Source: Copranaerobaculum intestinale (GTDB lineage: Bacteria > Bacillota_I > Bacilli_A > Erysipelotrichales > Erysipelotrichaceae). Taken from it: DNA of 32,000 nt. The notes below the pieces were generated by a model. It was not told the origin of the DNA, searched no databases, and saw only the letters and a list, made by a program, of their open reading frames with translations. Position numbers and translations under genes: made by a program. Location: NCBI RefSeq assembly GCF_009831105.1, contig NZ_WUUQ01000003.1:120001-152000 (forward strand), in the 5' to 3' direction. This document shows positions 1 to 7,211 of this stretch, piece by piece. How positions within the stretch are numbered: position 1 is the stretch's first letter; each line of letters begins with the position of its first letter.

Positions 1-77
1 GCTATTGCGGACTTGGGAATGATGACGCCCTCATAGAGAAGGGTGCCGTCCACGTCTACGAAGATATAGGATTTCAT
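1..77 (-). CDS. HAD-superfamily (Cof-type) hydrolase, N-terminal fragment cut by the window edge
   Basis: The complement of 75-77 is ATG. Reverse translation gives MKSYIFVDVDGTLLYEGVIIPKSAI, which contains HAD motif I (DxDGT). It is truncated, so it is absent from the ORF track. Confidence 0.6.
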   Translation of the reverse strand, partial: MKSYIFVDVDGTLLYEGVIIPKSAI

Positions 78-197
78 GAGCTTATACCGCCTTTTCACAT
101 GTATTCATTATAATGAAAGCAATTTGGAAAGTAAAGAAAGTTTCTAACTCGAACAAATTTTTAGAGTATGTTAAAATACATTCATCGAGGTGATGTT

Positions 198-905
198 ATG
201 AATGTTACATATCTGGATCATTCCGGATTTTGTGTAGAGTTAAAACACACGGTTCTGATCTTTGATTTTGTTGAGGGAAGTCTGCCGCATTTTGATCCGA
301 AGAAAGCGATCTATTTTTTTGTTTCGCATCGTCATCAGGATCATTTCCATAAACATTTAGGAGAATTATTAACAGCATATCCGCAGGCAAAAGCGATAGT
401 TTCAAGCGATATTCGAAGAGTCCGTGATGCAGCGGTTACATTTATGAGACCGAAAGAGGAACGGATGCTTGACGACATTTATATCACAACGCTTCAGTCT
501 ACCGATGAAGGAGTTGCCTTTCTGGTACAGGCAGAGCAGCAGGTCATCTATCATGCAGGAGATCTGCATTGGTGGTACTGGGACGACGATTCTAAATCAG
601 AAAAAGCTGCGATGAAGCAAGCATATTTTACTGAGATTAAAAAGCTGTGTGACATACCGATCGATCTGGCATTTTTGGTTCTTGATCCGCGGCAGGAAAG
701 TGATTATTGGATGGGCTTTGATGCTTTTATGCGTATCAATCAAGTGCAGTATGCAGTACCGATGCATTGCTGGGAAGATTATGACATTATGAATCGTTTA
801 AAGAATCATCCATGCAGCGAACCATACCGTGATCGCATAATTTCGTACGATCATCGGGGTGAAACTTTTCAAATAGGAGGAAAACAGGATGAAATTTGTA
901 TTTGA
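198..905 (+). CDS. MBL-fold metallo-hydrolase
   Basis: Track ORF 168-905. SHRHQDHF matches the HxHxDH metal motif of the metallo-beta-lactamase fold. The ATG at 198 has GAGGTGA 5 nt upstream, so I prefer it over 168. Confidence 0.8.
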   Translation: MNVTYLDHSGFCVELKHTVLIFDFVEGSLPHFDPKKAIYFFVSHRHQDHFHKHLGELLTAYPQAKAIVSSDIRRVRDAAVTFMRPKEERMLDDIYITTLQSTDEGVAFLVQAEQQVIYHAGDLHWWYWDDDSKSEKAAMKQAYFTEIKKLCDIPIDLAFLVLDPRQESDYWMGFDAFMRINQVQYAVPMHCWEDYDIMNRLKNHPCSEPYRDRIISYDHRGETFQIGGKQDEICI

Positions 906-1254
906 TCATAACAATATCAATGTGCTTGACTTGGAAAAAAGTCTTGCATTTTATCAGAAAGCATTGGGACTTAAAGAAATTCGCCGCCATGAATCGGATA
1001 GCTTTACCCTTGTTTATTTGGGTGACGGCGTGCATGCACATCAGTTGGAGCTCACATGGCTGAAAGATCGAAATGAACCTTATGAATTAGGAGATAATGA
1101 ATCTCATATAGCATTTACCGTAGATAATTTCGAAGCAGCACATGCGCTGCATGAGAAAATGGGATGTATCTGTTTTGAAAATCCGGAAATGGGCATTTAC
1201 TTTATCCATGATCCCGATGATTATTGGCTGGAGATCATACCTTCCCGCTCATGA
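889..1254 (+). CDS. VOC / glyoxalase I family protein (lactoylglutathione lyase-like)
   Basis: 121-aa ORF. Its size and N-terminus (FDHNNINVLDLEKSLAFYQKALGL) are typical of glyoxalase I/VOC proteins. GGAGG lies upstream, and the ORF overlaps the preceding gene by 17 nt. Confidence 0.75.
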   Translation: MKFVFDHNNINVLDLEKSLAFYQKALGLKEIRRHESDSFTLVYLGDGVHAHQLELTWLKDRNEPYELGDNESHIAFTVDNFEAAHALHEKMGCICFENPEMGIYFIHDPDDYWLEIIPSRS

Positions 1255-2027
1255 GTTATTTTGTCGCACTGCTGCTTTCTAATGATGTGCAGAAGCAATT
1301 TGCGAATCGTACAAATTCACTGTCGATGCATTTTCAAACGATGCGCCCGATCCGTCAGGATCAACATCATATTACGCTGGCCTTTCTGGGTGAGCTGTCT
1401 GAAGCAGAGCTTGCTTTGACAAGCCAAATTCTAAACGGTGTCTGCGGTTATCAGATGCGGCTGGAAACTGCTGATCTTGATCTATTCAATCACGGTGTGC
1501 TGATTCAAAAGCTGAAAAAATCGCCGCAGCTGTATACCTTTCAGAAAAAAATAATCCGGGCTTTGAAAAAAGCAGATATTCTCTTTGATCAGAAACCGTT
1601 TTATCCTCATATTACTTTGGCAAAATCATGTACATGTGATACTTTCCATCCCCGCGCATGGCTAAGCGGGCAGGATTCGATTGAGATTGCGATTACATCT
1701 GCAGCCTTGGTTCGCAGTCATCAGGGTATCTATCATATTGAACAGGACTACCCTTTGAAGCCGCAGCCAACCCAATATGTTTACCTTTTAAAATGCGGTG
1801 ACGGAAGCTATTATACAGGGTGGACGAATCATCTGGAGGCTCGTGTCAGAGCTCATCAAAGCGGTCAGGGAGCTAAATATACAAAAAGTCATCAGCCGGT
1901 TGAGCTAGTATACTATGAGGAGTATGCAGATAAGCGGACAGCGATGCAGCGTGAGTATGCCTGTAAGCAGATGAGCCGTCAAGAGAAGGAGCAGCTAATT
2001 CAAAGCAAGCATCTTCAAAAGCGCTGA
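1251..2027 (+). CDS. Fusion protein: 2H phosphoesterase (LigT / 2'-5' RNA ligase-like) N-domain plus GIY-YIG nuclease C-domain
   Basis: ATG 1251 overlaps the upstream stop (ATGA). Two HxTx motifs (HHITLAFLG, PHITLAKS) define the 2H/LigT fold. The C-terminal YVYLLKCGDGSYYTGWTNHLEARVRAH...REYACK is a GIY-YIG module. Both lie in one uninterrupted frame. Confidence 0.75.
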   Translation: MSYFVALLLSNDVQKQFANRTNSLSMHFQTMRPIRQDQHHITLAFLGELSEAELALTSQILNGVCGYQMRLETADLDLFNHGVLIQKLKKSPQLYTFQKKIIRALKKADILFDQKPFYPHITLAKSCTCDTFHPRAWLSGQDSIEIAITSAALVRSHQGIYHIEQDYPLKPQPTQYVYLLKCGDGSYYTGWTNHLEARVRAHQSGQGAKYTKSHQPVELVYYEEYADKRTAMQREYACKQMSRQEKEQLIQSKHLQKR

Positions 2028-2307
2028 TAACCATTTCTTTAGTGTATGGACTTTAGATAAAGGAATAAAAATGCAATATAGAAAAATATATCTGATAATA
2101 ACAGGAATGCTTGCCATTTGTGACTTTGGCAGCACAGAAGTCGTTCATCGGATGTATTTTTTTATGCTGCGCAGTATTTTTCAGAATGTGATAAGATCTG
2201 ATAATTTATATGTTTAATCAATAAAGCATGATTTAAAACTGACCATAAATTGATATTTTATATTGATTATATGAAAGTTTGGATTCTGCAAATTTCTATG
2301 AATCATG

Positions 2308-2333
2308 AAAAAACGGCATCAAAAATGATGCCG
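2308..2333 (-). terminator. Rho-independent terminator of the hydrogenase gene
   Basis: Stem CGGCATCA/TGATGCCG (2314-2321 / 2326-2333) with a 4-nt loop. On the minus strand it is followed by a T6 run (A-run 2308-2313 on plus). Confidence 0.7.
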
Positions 2334-2346
2334 CAATCAAATTTTA

Positions 2347-4026
2347 TTATATTTTTTCAAACAAAGCTTTTGGAACCGTGCAGATCGGACATGTATAATC
2401 ATCCGGCTCTTGGGTAATATCACCTTCATATATGTAACCGCAGACTGTGCATTTGTAGCGGACAGCTTCAGAAGGAGCTGCATTAGATTCTGATTTTTCT
2501 TCCATCAGCTCAAACATTGCCTTTGAGGCGAAGCAGATTGGACATTGATAATCATCTGATTCCTGATTTAAATCGCCTTCATAAATATAGCCGCAAATCG
2601 TACATTTCCACTTTACGCAAGAGGCAGCTTCCGCTTTCGGTTCTTTTTGATAATCCGTTTGATAAACCGCCGGATCCTCTCCTAGAATATCACTGCGATC
2701 TTGATAATAGGTATGCAGCAGCTTTTCAGCTGGCTTTGACAGCGGTTTACCATAGAAGGCTTCATAAAGCCGTATGATTTCCGGATTTTCATGGGAGAAT
2801 CGTAGGGTCATCTTTTCATCCATCTGGTATAAGCCGTCCATCCGCTCTTTGCGTACGGTGTTCATATCCTCCTGCAGATGCTTAGGCTGACCGCCGCCGC
2901 TGATACAGCCGCCCGGACATGTCATCACTTCAACAAAGTGGTACTGCTTGTCACTTTTTTCCATTTGATCGATGAACTGCCGCGCATGATCGGTACCGGA
3001 TACAACTGCCAGATGGAGTGTCAGATCCCGGATGGTGACATCACAGATTTTTACTCCATCAAGACCGCGCAGCGGTTTGTATGTAAGCAGATCCTGCGGG
3101 GGATTTTCACCCGTCAGCATATAATAGGCAGTACGCACAGCAGCTTCCATAACGCCGCCGCTGTTCCCGAAAATAATACCTGCTCCACTGCCTCGCGGCA
3201 TCAGGGAATCATACTTCGATGGCTCCAGCATGTCAATATCAAGATTTTCCATTTTCATCCAGTCTGCCAGCTCTTTGGTTGTAACCACATAATCGGTATC
3301 TGGGTGATCAGGCAGCGCATCCTGCAATTCCAAACGGCGTACTTCAAATTTCTTAGCCGTACATGGTGTGAGCGCTACGGTAATAATGGAAGCCGGGTCA
3401 ATGCTCTCCTGTTGGGCAAAATAACTCTTTATGGTCGGACCGAACATCGAGATAGGACTTTTGGAGGAAGAAATATTAGGCAGATACTGGGGGTAATATG
3501 TTTCCGCAAATTTTACCCACGCCGGACAGCAGGAGGTGAACTGCGGCAGCGGTTTATGGTTGGTAATGCGTTCAATCAATTCGCTTGCTTCTTCCATTAT
3601 TGTAAGATCAGCCGCAAAGGTCGTATCGAAAACATAATCTGCTCCCAGCTTGCGCAAAGCCGCAACCATTTGTTCCTCTACATAGGCGCCGGCTTTTTTG
3701 CCGAATGGCTCACCCAACGCAACCCGCACGGACGGAGAGGTCATGAAGATAACTTTTTTGCTTGGATCCATGATTGCTTTTTTAACCAAATAGGCTTCCT
3801 TCTGTTCTGTGAGGACATCGGTAGGGCAGACCTGCACACACTGCCCGCAATGGATACAAATCGCCGTATCATTTGTTTTCAATAAATCATAATGATTGCC
3901 TACGGAAATAACATCGCGGCATACATCACGGCATTGTCCGCAGTGAATGCATAGACTTTCAATTCTTCGAATTGCGGGATTATCCAATTCGATTGGAACG
4001 CGTATTTCAGGTGATAAATGTTTCAT
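2347..4026 (-). CDS. hydA: [FeFe]-hydrogenase catalytic subunit: N-terminal 2x[4Fe-4S] ferredoxin domain, H-cluster domain, two C-terminal rubredoxin-like domains
   Basis: Two CxxCxxCxxxC motifs (CIHCGQCRDVC, CIHCGQCVQVCP). H-cluster signatures are FTSCCPAW, TPCTAKKFE and EVMTCPGGCISGGGQP. The C-terminus has two CxxCG...CPxC units (KCTICGYIYEGD...QCPIC and KCTVCGYIYEGD...TCPIC). ATG 4026 has AAAGGAG upstream; the track start at 4041 is a TTG. Confidence 0.9.
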   Translation of the reverse strand: MKHLSPEIRVPIELDNPAIRRIESLCIHCGQCRDVCRDVISVGNHYDLLKTNDTAICIHCGQCVQVCPTDVLTEQKEAYLVKKAIMDPSKKVIFMTSPSVRVALGEPFGKKAGAYVEEQMVAALRKLGADYVFDTTFAADLTIMEEASELIERITNHKPLPQFTSCCPAWVKFAETYYPQYLPNISSSKSPISMFGPTIKSYFAQQESIDPASIITVALTPCTAKKFEVRRLELQDALPDHPDTDYVVTTKELADWMKMENLDIDMLEPSKYDSLMPRGSGAGIIFGNSGGVMEAAVRTAYYMLTGENPPQDLLTYKPLRGLDGVKICDVTIRDLTLHLAVVSGTDHARQFIDQMEKSDKQYHFVEVMTCPGGCISGGGQPKHLQEDMNTVRKERMDGLYQMDEKMTLRFSHENPEIIRLYEAFYGKPLSKPAEKLLHTYYQDRSDILGEDPAVYQTDYQKEPKAEAASCVKWKCTICGYIYEGDLNQESDDYQCPICFASKAMFELMEEKSESNAAPSEAVRYKCTVCGYIYEGDITQEPDDYTCPICTVPKALFEKI

Positions 4027-4069
4027 AGAAACTCCTTTCAATTTAAGAATGATTCTTATTCTTAAATAA

Positions 4070-4097
4070 ATTATACATGATTAGCAAGAATTGGTAA
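4070..4097 (-). promoter_or_regulatory. Candidate sigma-A promoter of the hydrogenase gene
   Basis: On the minus strand: TTACCA (complement of 4092-4097), 16-nt spacer, TATAAT (complement of 4070-4075). Confidence 0.4.
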
Positions 4098-4118
4098 ATA
4101 TTTTTTAATAAAATTGAT

Positions 4119-4134
4119 GTGAAAACGTTTTCAC
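4119..4134. promoter_or_regulatory. Perfect 16-bp palindrome matching the CcpA cre consensus
   Basis: GTGAAAACGTTTTCAC. The core TGAAAACGTTTTCA (4120-4133) fits TGWAANCGNTNWCA at every specified position. It lies between the divergent hydrogenase and feoA promoters, 3 nt upstream of the feoA -35. Confidence 0.5.
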
Positions 4135-4136
4135 TT

Positions 4137-4165
4137 CTTGCAAAATTGATTGATCAGGGTTAAAA
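4137..4165 (+). promoter_or_regulatory. Sigma-A promoter of the first feo operon
   Basis: TTGCAA (4137-4142), 17-nt spacer, TAAAAT (4160-4165). Confidence 0.6.
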
Positions 4166-4177
4166 TATGGCTGTATG

Positions 4178-4196
4178 TTAGATTAGGCTAACTCAA
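4178..4196. promoter_or_regulatory. DtxR/IdeR-type iron box (operator) in front of feoA
   Basis: TTAGATTAGGCTAACTCAA matches the 19-bp IdeR consensus TTAGGTTAGGCTAACCTAA at 16 of 19 positions. It lies just downstream of the -10 element. Confidence 0.55.
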
Positions 4197-4197
4197 G

Positions 4198-4440
4198 ATG
4201 GGATGGATGAAAATGACGCTGGATCAAATAAAAATCGGAGAATCCGCAAAAATCACTGCTGTTTTTGGCGAAGAAGAGCTTCGCTGTCGGCTGCTGGATA
4301 TGGGACTGACCCCACGAACCGAAGTAATGGTGAGAAAAGCGGCACCGATGGGCGATCCCATTGAACTGCGGCTGCGCGGCTATGAGCTGACGCTGCGGCT
4401 GGAGGATGCACGCAATATCGAAGTGGAGGAACACGCATGA
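4198..4440 (+). CDS. feoA: Ferrous iron transport protein A (FeoA)
   Basis: Small SH3-like FeoA signature (LRCRLLDMGLTPRTEVMVRKAAPMGDPIEL). In-frame ATGs at 4207 and 4213 are alternative, possibly better, starts. The stop overlaps the feoB start (ATGA). Confidence 0.85.
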   Translation: MGWMKMTLDQIKIGESAKITAVFGEEELRCRLLDMGLTPRTEVMVRKAAPMGDPIELRLRGYELTLRLEDARNIEVEEHA

Positions 4441-6440
4441 TCTTCGCACTAGCAGGTAATCAGAATTGCGGCAAAACAACGCTTTTCAATCAGCTGACCG
4501 GTTCCAATCAGCATGTGGGAAATTTTCCCGGCGTTACGGTAGACAGCAAAAGCGGTGTAATCCGTAATCATCGTGAAGCAAAGGTTGTCGATTTGCCTGG
4601 TATTTATTCGCTTTCACCCTATACCAGTGAAGAGATTGTTACTCGTGATTTTTTATTGAAGCAGAATCCCGACGGCATTATCAACATCGTCGATGCAACA
4701 AGCATTGAACGAAATCTTTATTTAAGCATGCAGCTGCTGGAGCTTCATAAGCCGATGGTCATTGCCTTGAATATGATGGATGAGGTAAGGGCCAACGGCG
4801 GTACGATTAAAATCAAAGAGCTGATGGAAGAGCTGGGGGTACCTGTTGTTCCTATCTCAGCCAGTAAAAACGAAGGTATTGATGAGTTGATCGAGGCTGC
4901 GATACGCACCGTTAAAAATCATCAGCTGCCGAAGCGAATCGATTTTTGTTCAGGTGCTGTTCATCGGGCGATTCATGCGACGGTGCATTTGATTGAGGAT
5001 CATGCCGGCCGTGAAGGCTTGCCGCTTCGTTTTGCGGCTACGAAGGTGGTTGAGGGCGATGCTCCTATCTTGAATCAGCTGAAGCTGTCTGATAATGAAA
5101 AAGATATGCTCGATCATAATGTTACGGAAATGGAGCATGAGATGCAGATGGATCGCAAAGCGGCGATGGCAGATATGCGGTATACCTTTATTGAAAAGCT
5201 GTGCGCGCAGTATGTGGTGAAGCCTAAGGAAAGCAAAGAGCATCTGCGCAGTGTAAAGATAGATGCGTTATTGACGCATAAGTATTTGGCAATCCCAATT
5301 TTCTTATTGATCATGCTGACGATTTTCTGGTTGACCTTCAGTGTGGTAGGCGCGTTTCTGTCCGATTTACTGGCGGCCGGTATTACCGCTCTCAGCGACA
5401 CGGTCAGTATTCAGCTCACCGCATACGGTATCAATCCTGTCGTACATTCGCTGATAATCGACGGAGTATTTTCGGGAGTAGGAAGTGTTCTGTCATTTAT
5501 CCCGACGATCGTGGTATTATTTTTCTTCCTTTCTCTACTGGAAGACAGCGGCTATATGGCACGGGTTGCCTTTGTTATGGATAAGCTGCTTCGTAAAATC
5601 GGCTTGTCCGGGCGCAGCTTTGTTCCAATGCTGATTGGTTTTGGCTGCTCGGTTCCGGCAATTCTGGCTACGCGTACGCTGGCCAGTGAGCGTGACCGCA
5701 AAATGACGATTCTGCTGACACCGTTTATGAGCTGCAGTGCGAAGCTTCCCATCTATGGTATGTTTACCATGGCATTCTTTCCGAAATATCGCGGTTTGGT
5801 TATGATAGCTTTATATGTGCTGGGGATGTTGATCGCTATTTTGAGCGGATTCATTTTAAAGAATACGATCTTTCATGGAAAACCCGTTCCCTTTGTGATG
5901 GAGCTTCCCAACTATCGGATGCCTTCCGCAAAAAGCGTCATGCTTCTTTTATGGGATAAGGCCAAGGATTTTTTGACCCGTGCTTTTACCATTATTTTTA
6001 TCGCTACTTTAATTATTTGGTTCTTGCAGACATTTGATATGCGCTTTAATGTCGTAAGCAATAGTGCCGACAGTTTGTTGGCGCAGATCGGCAAGCTGGT
6101 ATCGCCGATTTTTGCCCCGCTGGGCTTTGCCGATTGGCGAGTATCTACTGCGTTAATTACCGGTCTGACAGCGAAGGAAGCGGTTATTTCAACCTTTGCA
6201 GTATTGATGGGAACCTCAACCGCAGCTTTACCGCAGGCACTGCATGCGGTATTCACACCGCTCAGCGCATGGACTTTCCTGGTTTTCACCTTGATTTATA
6301 CCCCATGCTTTGCAGCGATCAGTGCCATTAAAGGAGAACTGCGCAGCTTTAAAACGACGCTTGGCATCGCATTCTATCAGAGCTTTATCGCATGGGTGAT
6401 CGCATTTCTGTTTTATCAGATAGGAAGTTTACTGTTATGA
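4437..6440 (+). CDS. feoB: Ferrous iron transporter FeoB (G-domain plus polytopic membrane domain)
   Basis: N-terminal GNQNCGKTTLFN P-loop and DLPGIYSL switch, followed by a long multi-span membrane domain. Confidence 0.95.
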   Translation: MIFALAGNQNCGKTTLFNQLTGSNQHVGNFPGVTVDSKSGVIRNHREAKVVDLPGIYSLSPYTSEEIVTRDFLLKQNPDGIINIVDATSIERNLYLSMQLLELHKPMVIALNMMDEVRANGGTIKIKELMEELGVPVVPISASKNEGIDELIEAAIRTVKNHQLPKRIDFCSGAVHRAIHATVHLIEDHAGREGLPLRFAATKVVEGDAPILNQLKLSDNEKDMLDHNVTEMEHEMQMDRKAAMADMRYTFIEKLCAQYVVKPKESKEHLRSVKIDALLTHKYLAIPIFLLIMLTIFWLTFSVVGAFLSDLLAAGITALSDTVSIQLTAYGINPVVHSLIIDGVFSGVGSVLSFIPTIVVLFFFLSLLEDSGYMARVAFVMDKLLRKIGLSGRSFVPMLIGFGCSVPAILATRTLASERDRKMTILLTPFMSCSAKLPIYGMFTMAFFPKYRGLVMIALYVLGMLIAILSGFILKNTIFHGKPVPFVMELPNYRMPSAKSVMLLLWDKAKDFLTRAFTIIFIATLIIWFLQTFDMRFNVVSNSADSLLAQIGKLVSPIFAPLGFADWRVSTALITGLTAKEAVISTFAVLMGTSTAALPQALHAVFTPLSAWTFLVFTLIYTPCFAAISAIKGELRSFKTTLGIAFYQSFIAWVIAFLFYQIGSLLL

Positions 6441-6628
6441 AATTCATAGATATCGTATTATTGTTATTAATTGTGCTGGCCGTTATCGGCGCTGTTAGAT
6501 ACCTGAGAAAACACAAGGGTACGTGCGGAGATTGTAAAGGCTGTACCTTGGATTGTCATCACCCGGATATATATGAAGCATATCGGCGTGATCATCCGGC
6601 TGATCCCAAAGCGGATCAAAAAGGATAG
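6437..6628 (+). CDS. FeoB-associated Cys-rich small membrane protein
   Basis: ATG 6437 overlaps the feoB stop (ATGA). MKFIDIVLLLLIVLAVIGAVRYLRKHKGTCGDCKGCTLDCHH has one TM helix followed by a Cys cluster. The track start at 6392 lies inside feoB and is unlikely. Confidence 0.7.
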   Translation: MKFIDIVLLLLIVLAVIGAVRYLRKHKGTCGDCKGCTLDCHHPDIYEAYRRDHPADPKADQKG

Positions 6629-6686
6629 AAATACGATGATAGGAGTAAAGAATCATTTATTCCTGTCATATATTTTAAGTATTTAG

Positions 6687-6705
6687 TTATCTGTGGCTAA
6701 CTTAG
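6687..6705. promoter_or_regulatory. Degenerate DtxR/IdeR-type box (good right half-site only)
   Basis: TTATCTGTGGCTAACTTAG matches the IdeR consensus at 13 of 19 positions. The GGCTAAC core is conserved. It lies 16 nt upstream of the second feo locus start codon. Confidence 0.3.
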
Positions 6706-6720
6706 GAAGGAGGAATTTGT

Positions 6721-6930
6721 ATGCCGTTAAGTATGGCTTTGGTCGGGGATAAGCACCGTATTGTGAGGATCACCGGCAAGGACGAAGTACGCATTCATCT
6801 GGCAGAGCTTGGCTTTGTCGCGGGAGAGGAAATTACGGTGATATCCCGTATTGCCGGCAACATGATTCTGTCAGTAAAGGACAGCAGAATTGCTCTGGAT
6901 CAATCGTTGGCAAATCGCATTCAAGTATAA
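6721..6930 (+). CDS. feoA: FeoA family protein
   Basis: 69-aa ORF with GGAAGGAGG upstream and a FeoA-like pattern (HLAELGFVAGEEITVISRIAGNMILSV). Confidence 0.8.
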   Translation: MPLSMALVGDKHRIVRITGKDEVRIHLAELGFVAGEEITVISRIAGNMILSVKDSRIALDQSLANRIQV

Positions 6931-6942
6931 AAGGAGGAACTT

Positions 6943-7164
6943 ATGAAGACATTGAGAGATGTGGCAATCGGCGAACGCGCGGTTGTAGTGAAGCTGCACG
7001 GAGAAGGTGCGGTGAGAAGAAGAATGATGGATATGGGCATTACTAAAAATGCGGAGGTTTTGGTAAGAAAAACAGCACCGCTCGGTGATCCTATTGAAGT
7101 GAAGGTTCGAGGCTATGAATTATCGATCCGTAAAGCAGACGCTTCCCTGATCGAAGTTCAGTAA
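6943..7164 (+). CDS. feoA: FeoA family protein (second copy in this locus)
   Basis: 73-aa ORF with AAGGAGG upstream. RRRMMDMGITKNAEVLVRKTAPLGDPIEVKVRGYEL closely parallels the product of the feoA gene at 4198-4440. Confidence 0.85.
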   Translation: MKTLRDVAIGERAVVVKLHGEGAVRRRMMDMGITKNAEVLVRKTAPLGDPIEVKVRGYELSIRKADASLIEVQ

Positions 7165-7176
7165 TATGTTCAGTTA

Positions 7177-7195
7177 TAAAGTTAGCTTAATCTAA
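7177..7195. promoter_or_regulatory. DtxR/IdeR-type iron box between feoA and feoB
   Basis: The reverse complement TTAGATTAAGCTAACTTTA matches the IdeR consensus at 15 of 19 positions. It differs from the 4178-4196 site at three positions (the central G/A plus two near the 3' end). It abuts the feoB RBS. Confidence 0.45.
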
Positions 7196-7211
7196 CAAAA
7201 GGAGGAAGAAG

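Noticed and set aside
2071-2217. 48-codon ORF (MQYRKIYLIITGMLAICDFG...) in the AT-rich spacer after the LigT-GIY-YIG gene
   Set aside because: It has only a weak AAAGGA upstream and no recognisable features, and open frames arise easily in AT-rich spacers. I cannot support it without conservation data.
2517-3885. Plus-strand ORFs (86 aa and 335 aa) inside the hydrogenase gene
   Set aside because: They are antisense shadow ORFs of a strongly supported minus-strand CDS. The products are low-complexity with no motifs or RBS.
4042-7211. Search for Fur boxes upstream of the feo genes
   Set aside because: I found no convincing match to GATAATGATAATCATTATC by eye. The DtxR/IdeR-type boxes explain the conserved palindromes better.
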